DNA of 62,955 nucleotides, counting the filler, from Basidiobolus meristosporus CBS 931.73 (lineage: Eukaryota > Fungi > Basidiobolomycota), in NCBI GenBank assembly GCA_002104905.1. It is 3 parts of 3 records of this genome, joined end to end, with 100 filler letters (N's around TTAATTAATTAA, not from the genome) between each part and the next. Parts side by side here need not be neighbours in the genome. Positions count along the whole stretch, not along the records: positions 45,683 to 62,955 come from MCFE01001096.1; 2 more parts are not named here. One strand, given 5' to 3'. Positions 49,883 through 60,701 of this stretch are shown piece after piece. The first letter of the stretch is position 1, and each line of letters begins with the position of its first letter. The translations under genes and the position numbers were made by a program. A model generated the notes under the pieces. The model searched no databases and had not been told where the DNA came from. It saw only the letters and a program-made list of their open reading frames with translations.

Positions 49883-51099
49883 GGATGATCTCCGCAACAC
49901 CCAAGTGCACGTTTCCATTCAGAATCACGTCTTGTTGCCAACAGCATATCTGCTGATCCAACTGCCCGAAGACTACCAACCTCCCCCCAAAAAAATCCCT
50001 TTTCGTACCATCTATTAATCTAATTTCCTGAATCAGTGTGCTTCCCGATATGCGCCCGACACCCGCCCATCTACTTCAACTCCGCTTCGAGAAGCTCGAG
50101 GAGACTGTTCTCTGGAGACCCTCTGGATTTCTTCCGGAGCCCCATGGCATCACGTCCACACCTCTCCCTTCCACGAGTTTTGGCATTTATTCTATCCCCT
50201 CTCCTGTACAAAACATTCTCGAGGACTCATGTGCAGTGTTACATGGCACATGAGCAATGTCCCTTTCATCCTCTCACCCGCAGGATACTAGTCTTATTTT
50301 GGTACTCCCAGTGAAGCTCTTATGATTAAAAAGCATAGGAGATATTGGTTTTCCATGTTGAGTTCAGAGCCAGATTCCTACAGTCCCAGCGTCAACGGGA
50401 CTCAGCGGTGGAATGCGTTCCCCGATTGAGAAGAGCCATTGTTGCAGAGCAAAATAGCCAGGCTGAATGGCATGGGAGACTTCACCTAAATCAGTAGATG
50501 AGGTCACAGTCTCGTGTTCAATGAAGACCTTCAACACATGGGGCAGCGTTACCAAACTACATCAAGGGAATACTCCCCATTTGTTCGATTCCCACCTAGG
50601 CATGAGATCGCCAATGCTAACGTGTGTTGTCGTGATTCTGAATATGGAAATCCCATTACGTGCTTAGCACATTTGGAGGCATAGCATATAAGGTCTGGTC
50701 AAGATGACAACGTTGGCCCGTAGTAGAGAATCACTGGTGGGGGCAATTTCCTAATCCAGTCAACACTGTATATTGCGGAATCTAAAGCATCACCCTTATT
50801 CATTCGAGATGCTCATGTTGCAACACATCCTCTCAGAATTGACATATCATCTCTCAGCGGCGTTACTCGCCATCAATGGTGGGCAATGTTGTGGTGCACT
50901 CAACCACGATGTATCCAACACCTTCGGCCCAGTGTCTGACAACAAAGATGGTAAGTGATCTGAAGGGCATCGTACGTTTCACTAGAGACCTTTTTTTGGA
51001 AATCCGGTTAGCGACCTGTTGCCTAATCACACGTGTTGAGCTCTTAATGGGAAAATCTCCGACACTACTGTTACTTGTTGGGTTTGGTTGGAATTACAA

Positions 51100-51260
51100 T
51101 TAGATTTTGTGGCTTGCACTCAATGATTTACTGAATATAAAAATAGTATCTGTTGCAAGATTCTAGGGAGTATTGGAAGTCATTTGGAGAGCTACAAGAA
51201 TTGCATAATATTCACTTGCTGTTGTATTGAGCTCAAATATAATACCTATACTCTAAGAAG
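51100..51260 (-). repeat. Scrambled Copia-1-like LTR fragments
   Basis: Pieces such as CACTCAATGATTTACTGAATATAAAAATAGTAT and GAGTATTGGAAGTCATTTGG resemble the LTR-1 reverse complement. Confidence 0.55.
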
Positions 51261-51404
51261 AACTTTGTAAAACCAATAGGGATAATGCTCTAGGAGAGGT
51301 TGTAGAAAGCTGCGTGTAAAGTTTGGGGGCTTTTGAATAAGCTTGATGATATGGATAATTCCCAGGCCTTTACTAACACTATGAGTTAACTGACATCTTG
51401 GAAA

Positions 51405-51753
51405 TGCTGTAAGAGTTTTGGGGATATTGGAAGTGATTGGCAGAACAAGTAGATTATGTGGTTTTCACTTAATGATTTGTTGAATGTAAAAGTAGTATTT
51501 ATTCTTTTCCATGATCTTGGCAGAACAAACGCGTAGAATAGGGTAAGGAAGGTCCCAAAAGCATGTGTTCAAAGTGTGGGGTTGTTTGGACAACTCTAAG
51601 AAATTTTATGTTCCGGGTACCCGATGTTTTGGTGAAAATATTCCAAGTAAATCCCGACAAGAGATTTGGTCAGAATTTATTAAGATTTGTAGGTGGTGAT
51701 ATAAGTGACTAAGTTAGGTGAATAGTTGGGTGCAATTAAAAATTTTTACAACA
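51405..51753 (-). repeat. Copia-1 solo LTR, CpG-retaining
   Basis: Full-length colinear match to the reverse complement of 1134-1482 and 5060-5408; flanks GGAAA/GGGAA (5-bp TSD with one mismatch). Confidence 0.92.
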
Positions 51754-52039
51754 GGGAAAACAATTCATAACTTAGCAGTAAACTAAGTAGAAACTATCAT
51801 TAATGAGTAGTTTAGGTATAAACCAAATATTTTCACCATAATTTTACCAATGCTAGGCCTTAATAGAAGCATATGTTGAGTGTGTGTTCTAATCATATTC
51901 TTAGTAGCAACTGACTTAACTCACTACCAATGTTTGCCTCTTAAGTCTCTTTGTAGCTAAATAGTACCTTCTGTGCCTTTGTTTAAGTTTTGGCTCTTGA
52001 GCAATGAGTTGGTGGTATTGTTCTGAGAGTATTGAAGAT

Positions 52040-52215
52040 ATTGGAATATTTCACATATGCTCTTGGGACCCTACTAGATATATTCTGCATGCTTGTTTTG
52101 CAAGGCCATGTAAAAGTATAAATACCACTTTTACATTTGAAAAATCATCAAGTTAAAGCTACATAATATACATGTTCCCCAATTCACTTGCAATATCTCC
52201 GAAACTCTTACGACA
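52040..52215 (+). repeat. Copia-1 LTR 3' portion, inverted relative to 51405-51753
   Basis: CCATGTAAAAGTATAAATAC...CAATATCTCCGAAACTCTTACGACA. Confidence 0.8.
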
Positions 52216-52554
52216 TGTATTACAAGCTCTTGTAAAAGTGTAGACATAACTTTTGGATCCCATAAATTATCAAGTGAAAACCACAAATAATCACTCACAA
52301 CATTACTGAAATCTTTACAACATGATGTTCATTAATATTTTCCACTTATCACCATTGGTTGCCAGTAATCATAGTGTTGTGGAACATCGGGATATGGATC
52401 ACTTTCTTGGGAAATACATACATCCACATTCAAGAGGCCTCAGTTATGATTTGCAACATGCTAATCTATTATATAATGAAGTCTCTATTGATCTATGTTT
52501 GTATGGAAAGTTGACTGAATTAACACTAGTTACACAGGAAACGAAGTTGTGATT

Positions 52555-53247
52555 TCAGGGACCAGTATAGACTGAACTACCTTTGGAAGATTGTCTAACT
52601 GCCACCTTTAACTCTGGGTTATTCTTTAATAATTGTGATATATATTTCCCTTGAATAAGAGTGAAGCCGATTCCAAGAAATACCAAGGGACGGTGCCGCT
52701 TTAGCGTGATTAAAGGTAGCAAAGCTTCATCCGTAATGCCCGTACAAACAAATAAAGAAATCCAGGTCACTTTGAGACATCTAGATAGTAGCGTCGAGAT
52801 GCCTCTGTCCGTAAGGTTGAAGCAGTTGTATAGGTCAACTCTGGTGATATTAGGACAATTTTGGGCAATGGTTATGATCATGGAATCGGTGATCATCTCT
52901 TTTCTTCTCACTTGAGAAAGATCAAGCGTTTGCATCAGCACTCCGTACTCCCTAGCTGAGAAATAATCTTCAAAAGTGCGGAAAATATGATATCTCTCTA
53001 AAGCACCGGGCTTCGTTGCCAGGATTGCCGATAATGCCTTACGCCACAGACCACGTATTCTTCGTCGCCTGGTTTGATTTAAGGTATAGACAAGGTAACC
53101 CAAATGCCGGCCCGTCGCTGGTTTGGGATGTGACCATATTAAGGGAGTGGTATGTTCATTCCACTGCTTTGAAATAAACAAACAACAATATTGCTCCTGC
53201 GGTGTAAGATACTCGAAAATATTTGCTATTATATCGTGAGTTAACAT
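52555..53247 (-). CDS. F-box plus leucine-rich-repeat (FBXL/GRR1-like) protein, 230 aa
   Basis: N-terminal F-box (DIIANIFEYL..QEQYCCLFISKQW...PLIW) and cysteine-type LRRs (ITDSMIITIAQNCPNITRVDLYNCFNLTDRGI); the C-terminus could include an unrecognised intron. Confidence 0.85.
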   Translation of the reverse strand: MLTHDIIANIFEYLTPQEQYCCLFISKQWNEHTTPLIWSHPKPATGRHLGYLVYTLNQTRRRRIRGLWRKALSAILATKPGALERYHIFRTFEDYFSAREYGVLMQTLDLSQVRRKEMITDSMIITIAQNCPNITRVDLYNCFNLTDRGISTLLSRCLKVTWISLFVCTGITDEALLPLITLKRHRPLVFLGIGFTLIQGKYISQLLKNNPELKVAVRQSSKGSSVYTGP

Positions 53248-55451
53248 CTATTGAGTCAGGTATCAATTTAGAGGAACCCCTCACTTCCCCAGTGATTCAT
53301 TCACAACAACAAATAGTTACAACCATTGCCACATAACTGGATCACATGATCCCCAGCTAGCCATAAAGGACCTGATCTCATCGGGGTAGAAATACTCAGT
53401 GATATTGACCATCCAAATCGGACTAGACCAGAACCTATTCCATGCATAACAGCTGGGATAAACAATGCCACCAGGTCTGGCGCTGGAGACTGGCGGCTAT
53501 ATTGATGCTGTACAAATCGAAGGTGAAATAGAATGGTTGGACAAATATCCCAAACCCGCTCTCAAGAGGAACAATGGGGTGCGCAACAGGTGTTGAGTGA
53601 GGTAAATAAGGTTAAAAGATTAATGTGAGTACATCAGATCAGATTGAACCTCTAGTAAACAGAAATGTGGACCTTACCAAGATGCGTAAGTTCGTTGTCT
53701 CATTGATTTATTTGTTAGAAAATCGGAGACCTCGGAGCCCGATCTTGTCCTAACTGCTGTGAGTCTCGCCGCTACATCAGCTGGTTGGATACAGTCGACC
53801 ACCTGAGCAACCTGTCTGTTTCCTTGCCCCTGAATCCACTACGGAGGCATGGGCGAAGTATCTGATAAAGTGGCGATTTGGAACAATCTCACTGCAGAAC
53901 AACAATACACTGGCTAGTTTGGAGCCCGTAAGCAGCATGAATTGATTCTGAGTAGGAAACCAAATTCGAAGAGATTCGAAAATGCTCAATCCGAGATTAT
54001 CATGAAGCAATCTAGGAGGTGATACTGTCCTACACCTGGATAATATATGCCGACTACTCCCTTGCTGCTTGGGACATTCTGATCTAATGGAAGTACCAAA
54101 AGAAATCATTCCAAAATGAAAAATGAGGAAGCAATGACACAAGCCTGGTTATTTTTAGTACTGATTATCACGGTTTTGATGGGAATTCTGTGTTTCTATC
54201 GTCTGCAATCCCTGCAAATATCAGTTGCGGTTGCCGCAGACCACTGCCCTCTAGCCCTTGAGGGCACTCCTAATTAGCGTCCCTTCGCGGATAGATTATT
54301 GAGCCAGTGCTGATTAGATCTCTACCATATTAGCTGGTGCGCACCCTGTCGAGTGGCTACCCAACGCTGGTGAGGTTCGGCCCATAGCTGGCTTCTCCGC
54401 GGTTGCTAAGGATTTGTGGGGTAAATATAATCAATTAGGCCCAGATGTAGTATCTCTGGTTGCGGCTGTGTAAGCAATCATTCCGGTAGGTTACATCTCA
54501 GCCATAATTAGAGATTAGATGATGCCTTTGTTCATGATTTGTCAATCAGCCAAACTTGGGAGGGGATAGCATATTTTCCCGGATTGAAGCACACTCCCGA
54601 GATTAATCGAGGATTACGGGGATTAGCGCTTCTAATTTCGCTTCTTTGGAGTCACAAATGGGTTGATTATAGAAAGAATCCGCCACCTCTTGCCAATTCT
54701 CACCTTGAGAATGTCCTTGTACGCTGTGCAGAGTGAGAAACAGTTAGCCTCCATTAGTCGAGGCACATATTTGGATGGCCACTAAAGCTTAGACATATAT
54801 ATGAGGTACAGCATATCACTACACCAAATCCATCTCCCATACAGCCCAAGGTAACCTCTGTAAAGGGACCAGATCGACGTTGGGTTCCACCAGCACCTGA
54901 AATGAAAGTGGATAAATCTAACTTAAAATTGCTTAGCCTGCAACTAATGTAACGGATGGTAGTGGAAATCCAAACCGTTCAGGATTACTTTGAATCAGAG
55001 GCAGTGCAACCTTCCCAAACTTCCTGGTCGAAGCAGCGAGGGGACGCGATTGGCTCGAGCATATTGGTCATGTCAGCATCATCGCTAGGGAGATTCTGAG
55101 TCAGTAGGGTAGAGATGCGTGCGTGCGTACCTCCAGGAGTATTTTGAAATAGTCTCCAGCCAAGATTTGGGGATGGTGGTGTCAAATAACCTAGGTTTCA
55201 CTAAACTAGTCATCGGTGGCAGAAGATGGAAGATAATCGCTCTTTGATTTGGATATATATTTCCTCTGCAACGAGCGTAGCTGCTTAGTCTTCGATTGCA
55301 ACATCAGGTTGTCCATACCACGGCTTGGGCTTTGGGCTGCCGTAAGATCCCTTTGCATCACCTTCCCCAAGACTTTCTGACAAGATCCTGCAAGAAAAGC
55401 ACCTTATCAAAACCCTTCACGTAGTGCAGTTTACTCCCTTTAACATTTATC

Positions 55452-56562
55452 ATGACAGTTCAGATGGATATCGAGAGAGGGGCTGATATGGAGGTACAGT
55501 ACGTACAGCCAGTAGAACAGAATATTCAACAGCCGATGCTAAAATTCGCTCAACCTGTGGCCTCAGTTCTAAACATAGACGGCCCAAGCGGGGCTGAGAT
55601 TAAGGACAGTCTGCTGGTCACAACAGTGGAGCCGCAATCGCACCATGGTTGGAGTCGATTGGAAACCGCTAGAAATCAAGTTTGCGCCGAGTTTATTGGT
55701 ACATTCTTGTTGATGTTCTTCTCCTACGCCGGCAACGCCCAGAGCATCCTCTATCAGTCGCAGTTTTCGATTTTGGCCGCCCCCTTGGGTTTGGCGGCGG
55801 GGTTGTACGTCAGTGGTGGAGTTTCGGTAAGATATTTCCGCCTGATTACAATGGATAACCTGGCAAGGACCCAGATTAAGAATTCCGATTATTGACATGC
55901 GTTTCTTGGTTTAAAGGGTGGACATCTAAACCCCGCGATCACCATTTCTTTCGCAATTCACCGCAAATTCCCGTGGCGGAAGGTTCCTCGTTACATCGGT
56001 GCTCAAGTACTGGGTGCATTCTGTGCAGCTCTGTTCGCATTCTTGTATTACTGGCCGGATATCAACCATTTCGACCAAGGGCTTCACCGAGTCACTGGTG
56101 AATTCGCCACCTCAGGAATTTTCGCCTACAACCCCCCTAGTTACCGCAGTAATCTGGCGGGGTTCTTCAGAGAAGTGATCAATGACCTGGTATTTTTGCT
56201 GGGAATCTACGGAATTACCGATGTGAAAAATGGCCAAGCTAATGGCTATGTAGTTCTTGGCGTATCCTTCCATTTCCTGGCGGTATTGGTCTGTTTCGGT
56301 AAGGAAATTTATTTGGCAGCTGGAATGGGTTCCTCGGAGTAGAACTAACTGTGCTCCAATAGGGGGAAATGCTATTAATCCTGCTGGCGATTTTTGTGGC
56401 AGAGCTGTGGCTGCCATGGTCGGTTATGGATCAGAAGTATTCTCCGCAAATAGCTATTACTTCTGGATAACCTTAATTGGTCCCTTTTTGGGAGCGTCTC
56501 TTGGAGGATTGTTCTACCGTCTGTTCATTCATCCCAAAGCCGAGAGCGTTGTGATGAAATAG
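55452..56562 (+). CDS. MIP-family channel, aquaglyceroporin-like, divergent; exons 55452-55826, 55917-56298, 56363-56562 (318 aa)
   Basis: AEFIGTF, SGGHLNPAITI, YIGAQVLGAF, AINPAGDF, YFWITLIGPFLGASLGG; GT-AG introns 55827-55916 and 56299-56362 (CTAAC branch point) restore one open frame. Confidence 0.92.
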
Positions 56563-57758
56563 CTGGCATGGCTGGAAGGATAGTCGGCAAGCCTCCAGAC
56601 TTTCTCGTCGAGCACTTGATCAGAACTACCAACCACTTACCTTCAACACCACACTTTTTGCCAATCTATGCAAATGCATCTTTCACACCTATTTCAACGT
56701 TGACAATCAGCGAAGAAATGTTGATATACTCTGAGGTATACGCCTGTGCCAAAACCCATCCTATCCACCCAATATTCCCATTTAGTATAAAGTGTTGAAT
56801 TTAACAAGTCTTACCTTCGGAACCTGGCTTCGCACCAGCACTGATTGCTCCTTAACTACATAGTGACACCTCATGAGCTGTAATTATATGATTTATAAAC
56901 TAGAATCGTCAATAAACCACCTTTCGGTTGATTTTGCTGCATACAGCTATGTCCAAGTGACTCATTGATGCGTAAAATCTGGGTGGCAAGGGCCGGGGAT
57001 ACGCCCAGTCTCTTAGGATTTTGTTGTTACATCATGGCAATGAAGTCATGGAACCATGACGTCTCTATTTCTGGTGAGTATCTGGGCTTAGGATGGTGTA
57101 TCTATGCCCTGATTAGGATTCAATCCAAGGGTAATATTGGGGGTTCTGGGGATTGACTGATATTCGTGGAAATCTCATTTGCAGTACTGATTGACCGAGC
57201 GGATCTTGATCAGAAATGTGAATCGTAGCCCCCATTTTTGGACATGCTTACATGTTTGTATTTCGATGGTTAAATAAAACAAAGTTGATTAGTGAGTTAA
57301 CAAATGCTCCCCTACATTGATCGAATTCTGGAGCGCAGCAGATTCGATCATTGAGGCACTAGATCAATTTCAATCTGCGATTTCCTTGGCTCACGTACAT
57401 CGTGTTATCAGGAGATTATTGATGTTGATAAGTTACCGATTCTCACCAATGCCATCCTATCGATTACGAATTCATGCCTAAGAACTAAGGATGAGCCAAT
57501 AGTGGGCGAAGGGTTGCCGGATGGATTCCGGATCGGAGAGCTCCAGAAATATACTATCGAAGTATCTATCTTGAACCTTCCACTGGTAGTGGAATTTTCT
57601 ATCCACTTATATTGGCTCCCACTTGCAAGTGATCTAGGCACTGCAGCCTGTTGGCAAGTCACATTCAATCATACTGCCAGGAATCAACATTTTTCAACTA
57701 TTTATCTTCACCTTGGCCTGTTTCTTTCTTCTTTATCGTCTGTTCATCGTTAGTTATC

Positions 57759-58866
57759 ATGACTCAGTTATCCAAACCCGTAATCCCTATCACAGTCTTC
57801 ACTGGCTTCTTGGGCTCTGGCAAGACCACCATTATTCTATCCCTGCTCAACCGAGTCAATCCTGGTTACAAGATCGCTGTACTAAAAAATGAGTTCGGTG
57901 ACGTTGAAGTAGATAGCGAGCTTGTCAAAGAGAGCAATGTGGCGGTTCAAGAGATGCTTAACGGTTGTATGTGTTGTGTTCTCGTTGGACAGATGAAGCT
58001 TGCCCTGATGGAGCTTCAAGGTACTGTCGTCACTTATTTATTGAAGTTCTGCACTGGTTTTTAACTTGTCTTCTATTCCCTTAGAAAAATATAGCCCAGA
58101 TCGTATCATTGTGGAGACTAGTGGCTCTGCTTTCCCTGCTCCCATTGCTTGGCAGATCAGAGAGATGGCTGACGATGGTTTTGTTTTGGATTCCATCATT
58201 ACTGTGGTTGATTGCGTGAACTTCACTGGATACGAAGACACCAGTTATACTGCCAAGATGCAAGCTCAATATACTGATCTGATCCTTCTGAACAAGCATG
58301 AATTGGTTGATGATCGTCAGCTTGATGTAGTAATAGATCACATCAATGAGCTTAACACTGACACCCCCAAGGTCAAATGCGAAGGAAAGACTGGTGTTCC
58401 TCCTGAGGTTATGTTTGGCATTGACACCAAGCTCTTCCAATTGGATGCCAAGAATGAAGGCCAGGCTTTTGATCAAGATCATCATCATAACGAGATTGAT
58501 ATTGTTCAAGTGATCCGCATGGACGACAGCGAAGATCTTAGTGGCCCTGTGCTAGAGAAGAAGGCCTTTGAAAGCTTCCTTGCCAGTTTGCCCAAGGATG
58601 AGATCTACCGAGTCAAGGGATTGATTAAGCTTGAGGAGACTAAAGATGGAAAGACCACCAAGCAGCTCTATATTCTTAACCATGCATTCGGACGTTCCTC
58701 CTTTACCGCTGTCGAACGTGATATCTCTCAAGATCTGGAAAAGCAAAAGATTTTAATCAAGATGACTGTCATGGGACAAGGGCTTCCAATCTATGTCAAA
58801 CGATTCAAGGAAGGTTTCCAAGTGACAGATGAACATGTCACTACCCATCTTAAGGGCCATCATTGA
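57759..58866 (+). CDS. COG0523/CobW-family (G3E) P-loop GTPase, putative zinc metallochaperone; exons 57759-58020 and 58085-58866 (347 aa)
   Basis: Walker A GFLGSGKTT, NEFG, GCMCC metal motif, IIVETSG, LLNKHE, His cluster DHHHNE, C-terminal IYRVKG; intron 58021-58084 is GT-AG. Confidence 0.93.
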
Positions 58867-59618
58867 TGACTTGAGTATAATTCTGTAAAAACCTGGTAAC
58901 CCGGCTACTTAATACTTTTTGATTAGACTTTTAGAGAACTGTTTTCTTAGGAATCATATTATATATCACTTTCTCTTGACATAATAAAGAAATGGATCTA
59001 TTTCAGGAATTTCGCTGGTTTGTGAACGGTTAAGCGTTTGGTAAAATATGGGTTTCTGGTCGGATGTTGTAATGTGATGTTTAGATCAAACGGTGGAGTA
59101 GGCGTGGTAATCAATCGATTGTGTAGGTGGTAACAGTAGCAATTTTAATCATGAGATGAGTTCAACTCTAGGTTCTGTTACATTTGGTCTTGAAATATCA
59201 AGGAAGGGGAGGAAGAGGGATTCGCCGATACCAACACCATACGGAGGTGGCACTCGCTAAAAGTGGGGTTCAAAAAAGATACGCCTGTATTGGTATAAGA
59301 ATGTTTGCCACGAATATCTCATCATATACATCGCATGGAAGTCAATCGATTATTAGAATATTTGATGGGAGCGAGCCGGGAAAGCCGGGATGCATATTGG
59401 TGATTGTTGAAATATAGAAGAAAGTTGTATATAAAGCAAGTCTATCTACAGAGGATAAATGGTCGGCCACAAGCCTAACCCTATCTATAAAAGAGACCAA
59501 AATGGAATACAACGGTGAACTCCGCCCTAGAAATAATGAAACAAAGTCAGCTCATAGCGCCATTCCACTCCATTCGAATTAGGGAATGTACGAAGATTGG
59601 AGTCACCAACAACCCAAA

Positions 59619-60701
59619 TCATTGGCTCCTGCTGTCATCAGGCAAGTAGGATTCGCTTGGGTACGAATCGTAGCGCGCGTGTGGCAACGGGTTTGCTACC
59701 AGATCAGGATACATGGAAGAGTGCAACCATGAGTCTTCCTCGAGTAGCCATTTGAAATCAAATCCGGTAGTGTCCGGTGCAGGAATGGGTGGGGAGATGT
59801 AATCGTCTTCAGAAATACTGGAATAGTCGTTCACAGCCATGCTTCCTACGCCATGTTTCTTTTTCTTCGACTGGGGAAGGTATGAGCTATTGGGATCATC
59901 AGTGCTCTCATAGCAGGAGTAAAATGGAGCAGGCTTGCTGGTGGGTGGATATGGGAAGTATTGATAAGGAGTAGTGGAGGGGGCGTAGTATGTCTTCAAG
60001 TGGTCGAAGTTTTGTAATTTCGAGGGAGGGCCTTCTAGTGCGGAATCCAGTTCAGAGATGGGAGATTGTTTCCGCTTGGTCTTCGTCCTGTTAGGACTAT
60101 ACTTGTAATCAGGATACTTCTGCTGATGGTCGAGTTTGATCTGCTCAGCCATCCATTGGTATTTGCTCTTTTCCTCAGCCGAGATGTTTTTCCACATTTT
60201 GCCGATTATTCGAGACACTTCCATGTTGGTAATGCCTGGGTTGGATGCGAAGATTTCCGACTGCTTTTCACGACGAAATAGAAAGAAACAGTTTGCTGGT
60301 CGTGGAATTTTGGTTTTCTTCGATTCGGTGGTGGGTTCATCCAGCTCTAGTGTGTCCGAGTTGCTAGAGGGAGAGTCGACGGTGCTGTCTGATGCTAAGG
60401 TCATGAATTGATGCTGGGGCGAATGGATCAGCGCTGGATAGTGGGCGTAGAATGGGTCATGAGGAGTGTGGTGTGACGGTTGCGGATGATAGTAAGCATC
60501 CGGACGAATATATGGATTTGGATACACGCCGAAGTGCGCATTCTCTGACAGGGAAGGATGATACTGGGGTTGAGTATACATGTGGGTGGGGTGTTGCGTT
60601 TGGACATTGGGTGTACCTATGTCGTTTGAAGTGCGGTTGTTGGTGGGGCAGACGTGGTGAGGAGTGGTCTTCATGAATGATGTCTCAGATAATAGTTTCA
60701 A
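59619..60701 (-). CDS. HMG-box transcription factor (MATA/SOX-type box), 360 aa
   Basis: KIPRPANCFFLFR...EVSRIIGKMWKNISAEEKSKYQWMAEQIKLDHQQKYPDYKYSP, flanked by low-complexity His/Pro/Ser/Tyr regions. Confidence 0.92.
   Translation of the reverse strand: MKLLSETSFMKTTPHHVCPTNNRTSNDIGTPNVQTQHPTHMYTQPQYHPSLSENAHFGVYPNPYIRPDAYYHPQPSHHTPHDPFYAHYPALIHSPQHQFMTLASDSTVDSPSSNSDTLELDEPTTESKKTKIPRPANCFFLFRREKQSEIFASNPGITNMEVSRIIGKMWKNISAEEKSKYQWMAEQIKLDHQQKYPDYKYSPNRTKTKRKQSPISELDSALEGPPSKLQNFDHLKTYYAPSTTPYQYFPYPPTSKPAPFYSCYESTDDPNSSYLPQSKKKKHGVGSMAVNDYSSISEDDYISPPIPAPDTTGFDFKWLLEEDSWLHSSMYPDLVANPLPHARYDSYPSESYLPDDSRSQ

Noticed and set aside
49277-49979. Several 60-100 aa antisense ORFs over the globin, and similar ones over the MIP, CobW and HMG genes
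   Set aside because: Shadow ORFs of real coding sequence with no recognisable motifs.
50583-50593. GTTCGATTCCC resembling a tRNA T-loop
   Set aside because: No pairing T-stem, acceptor stem or D-arm around it.
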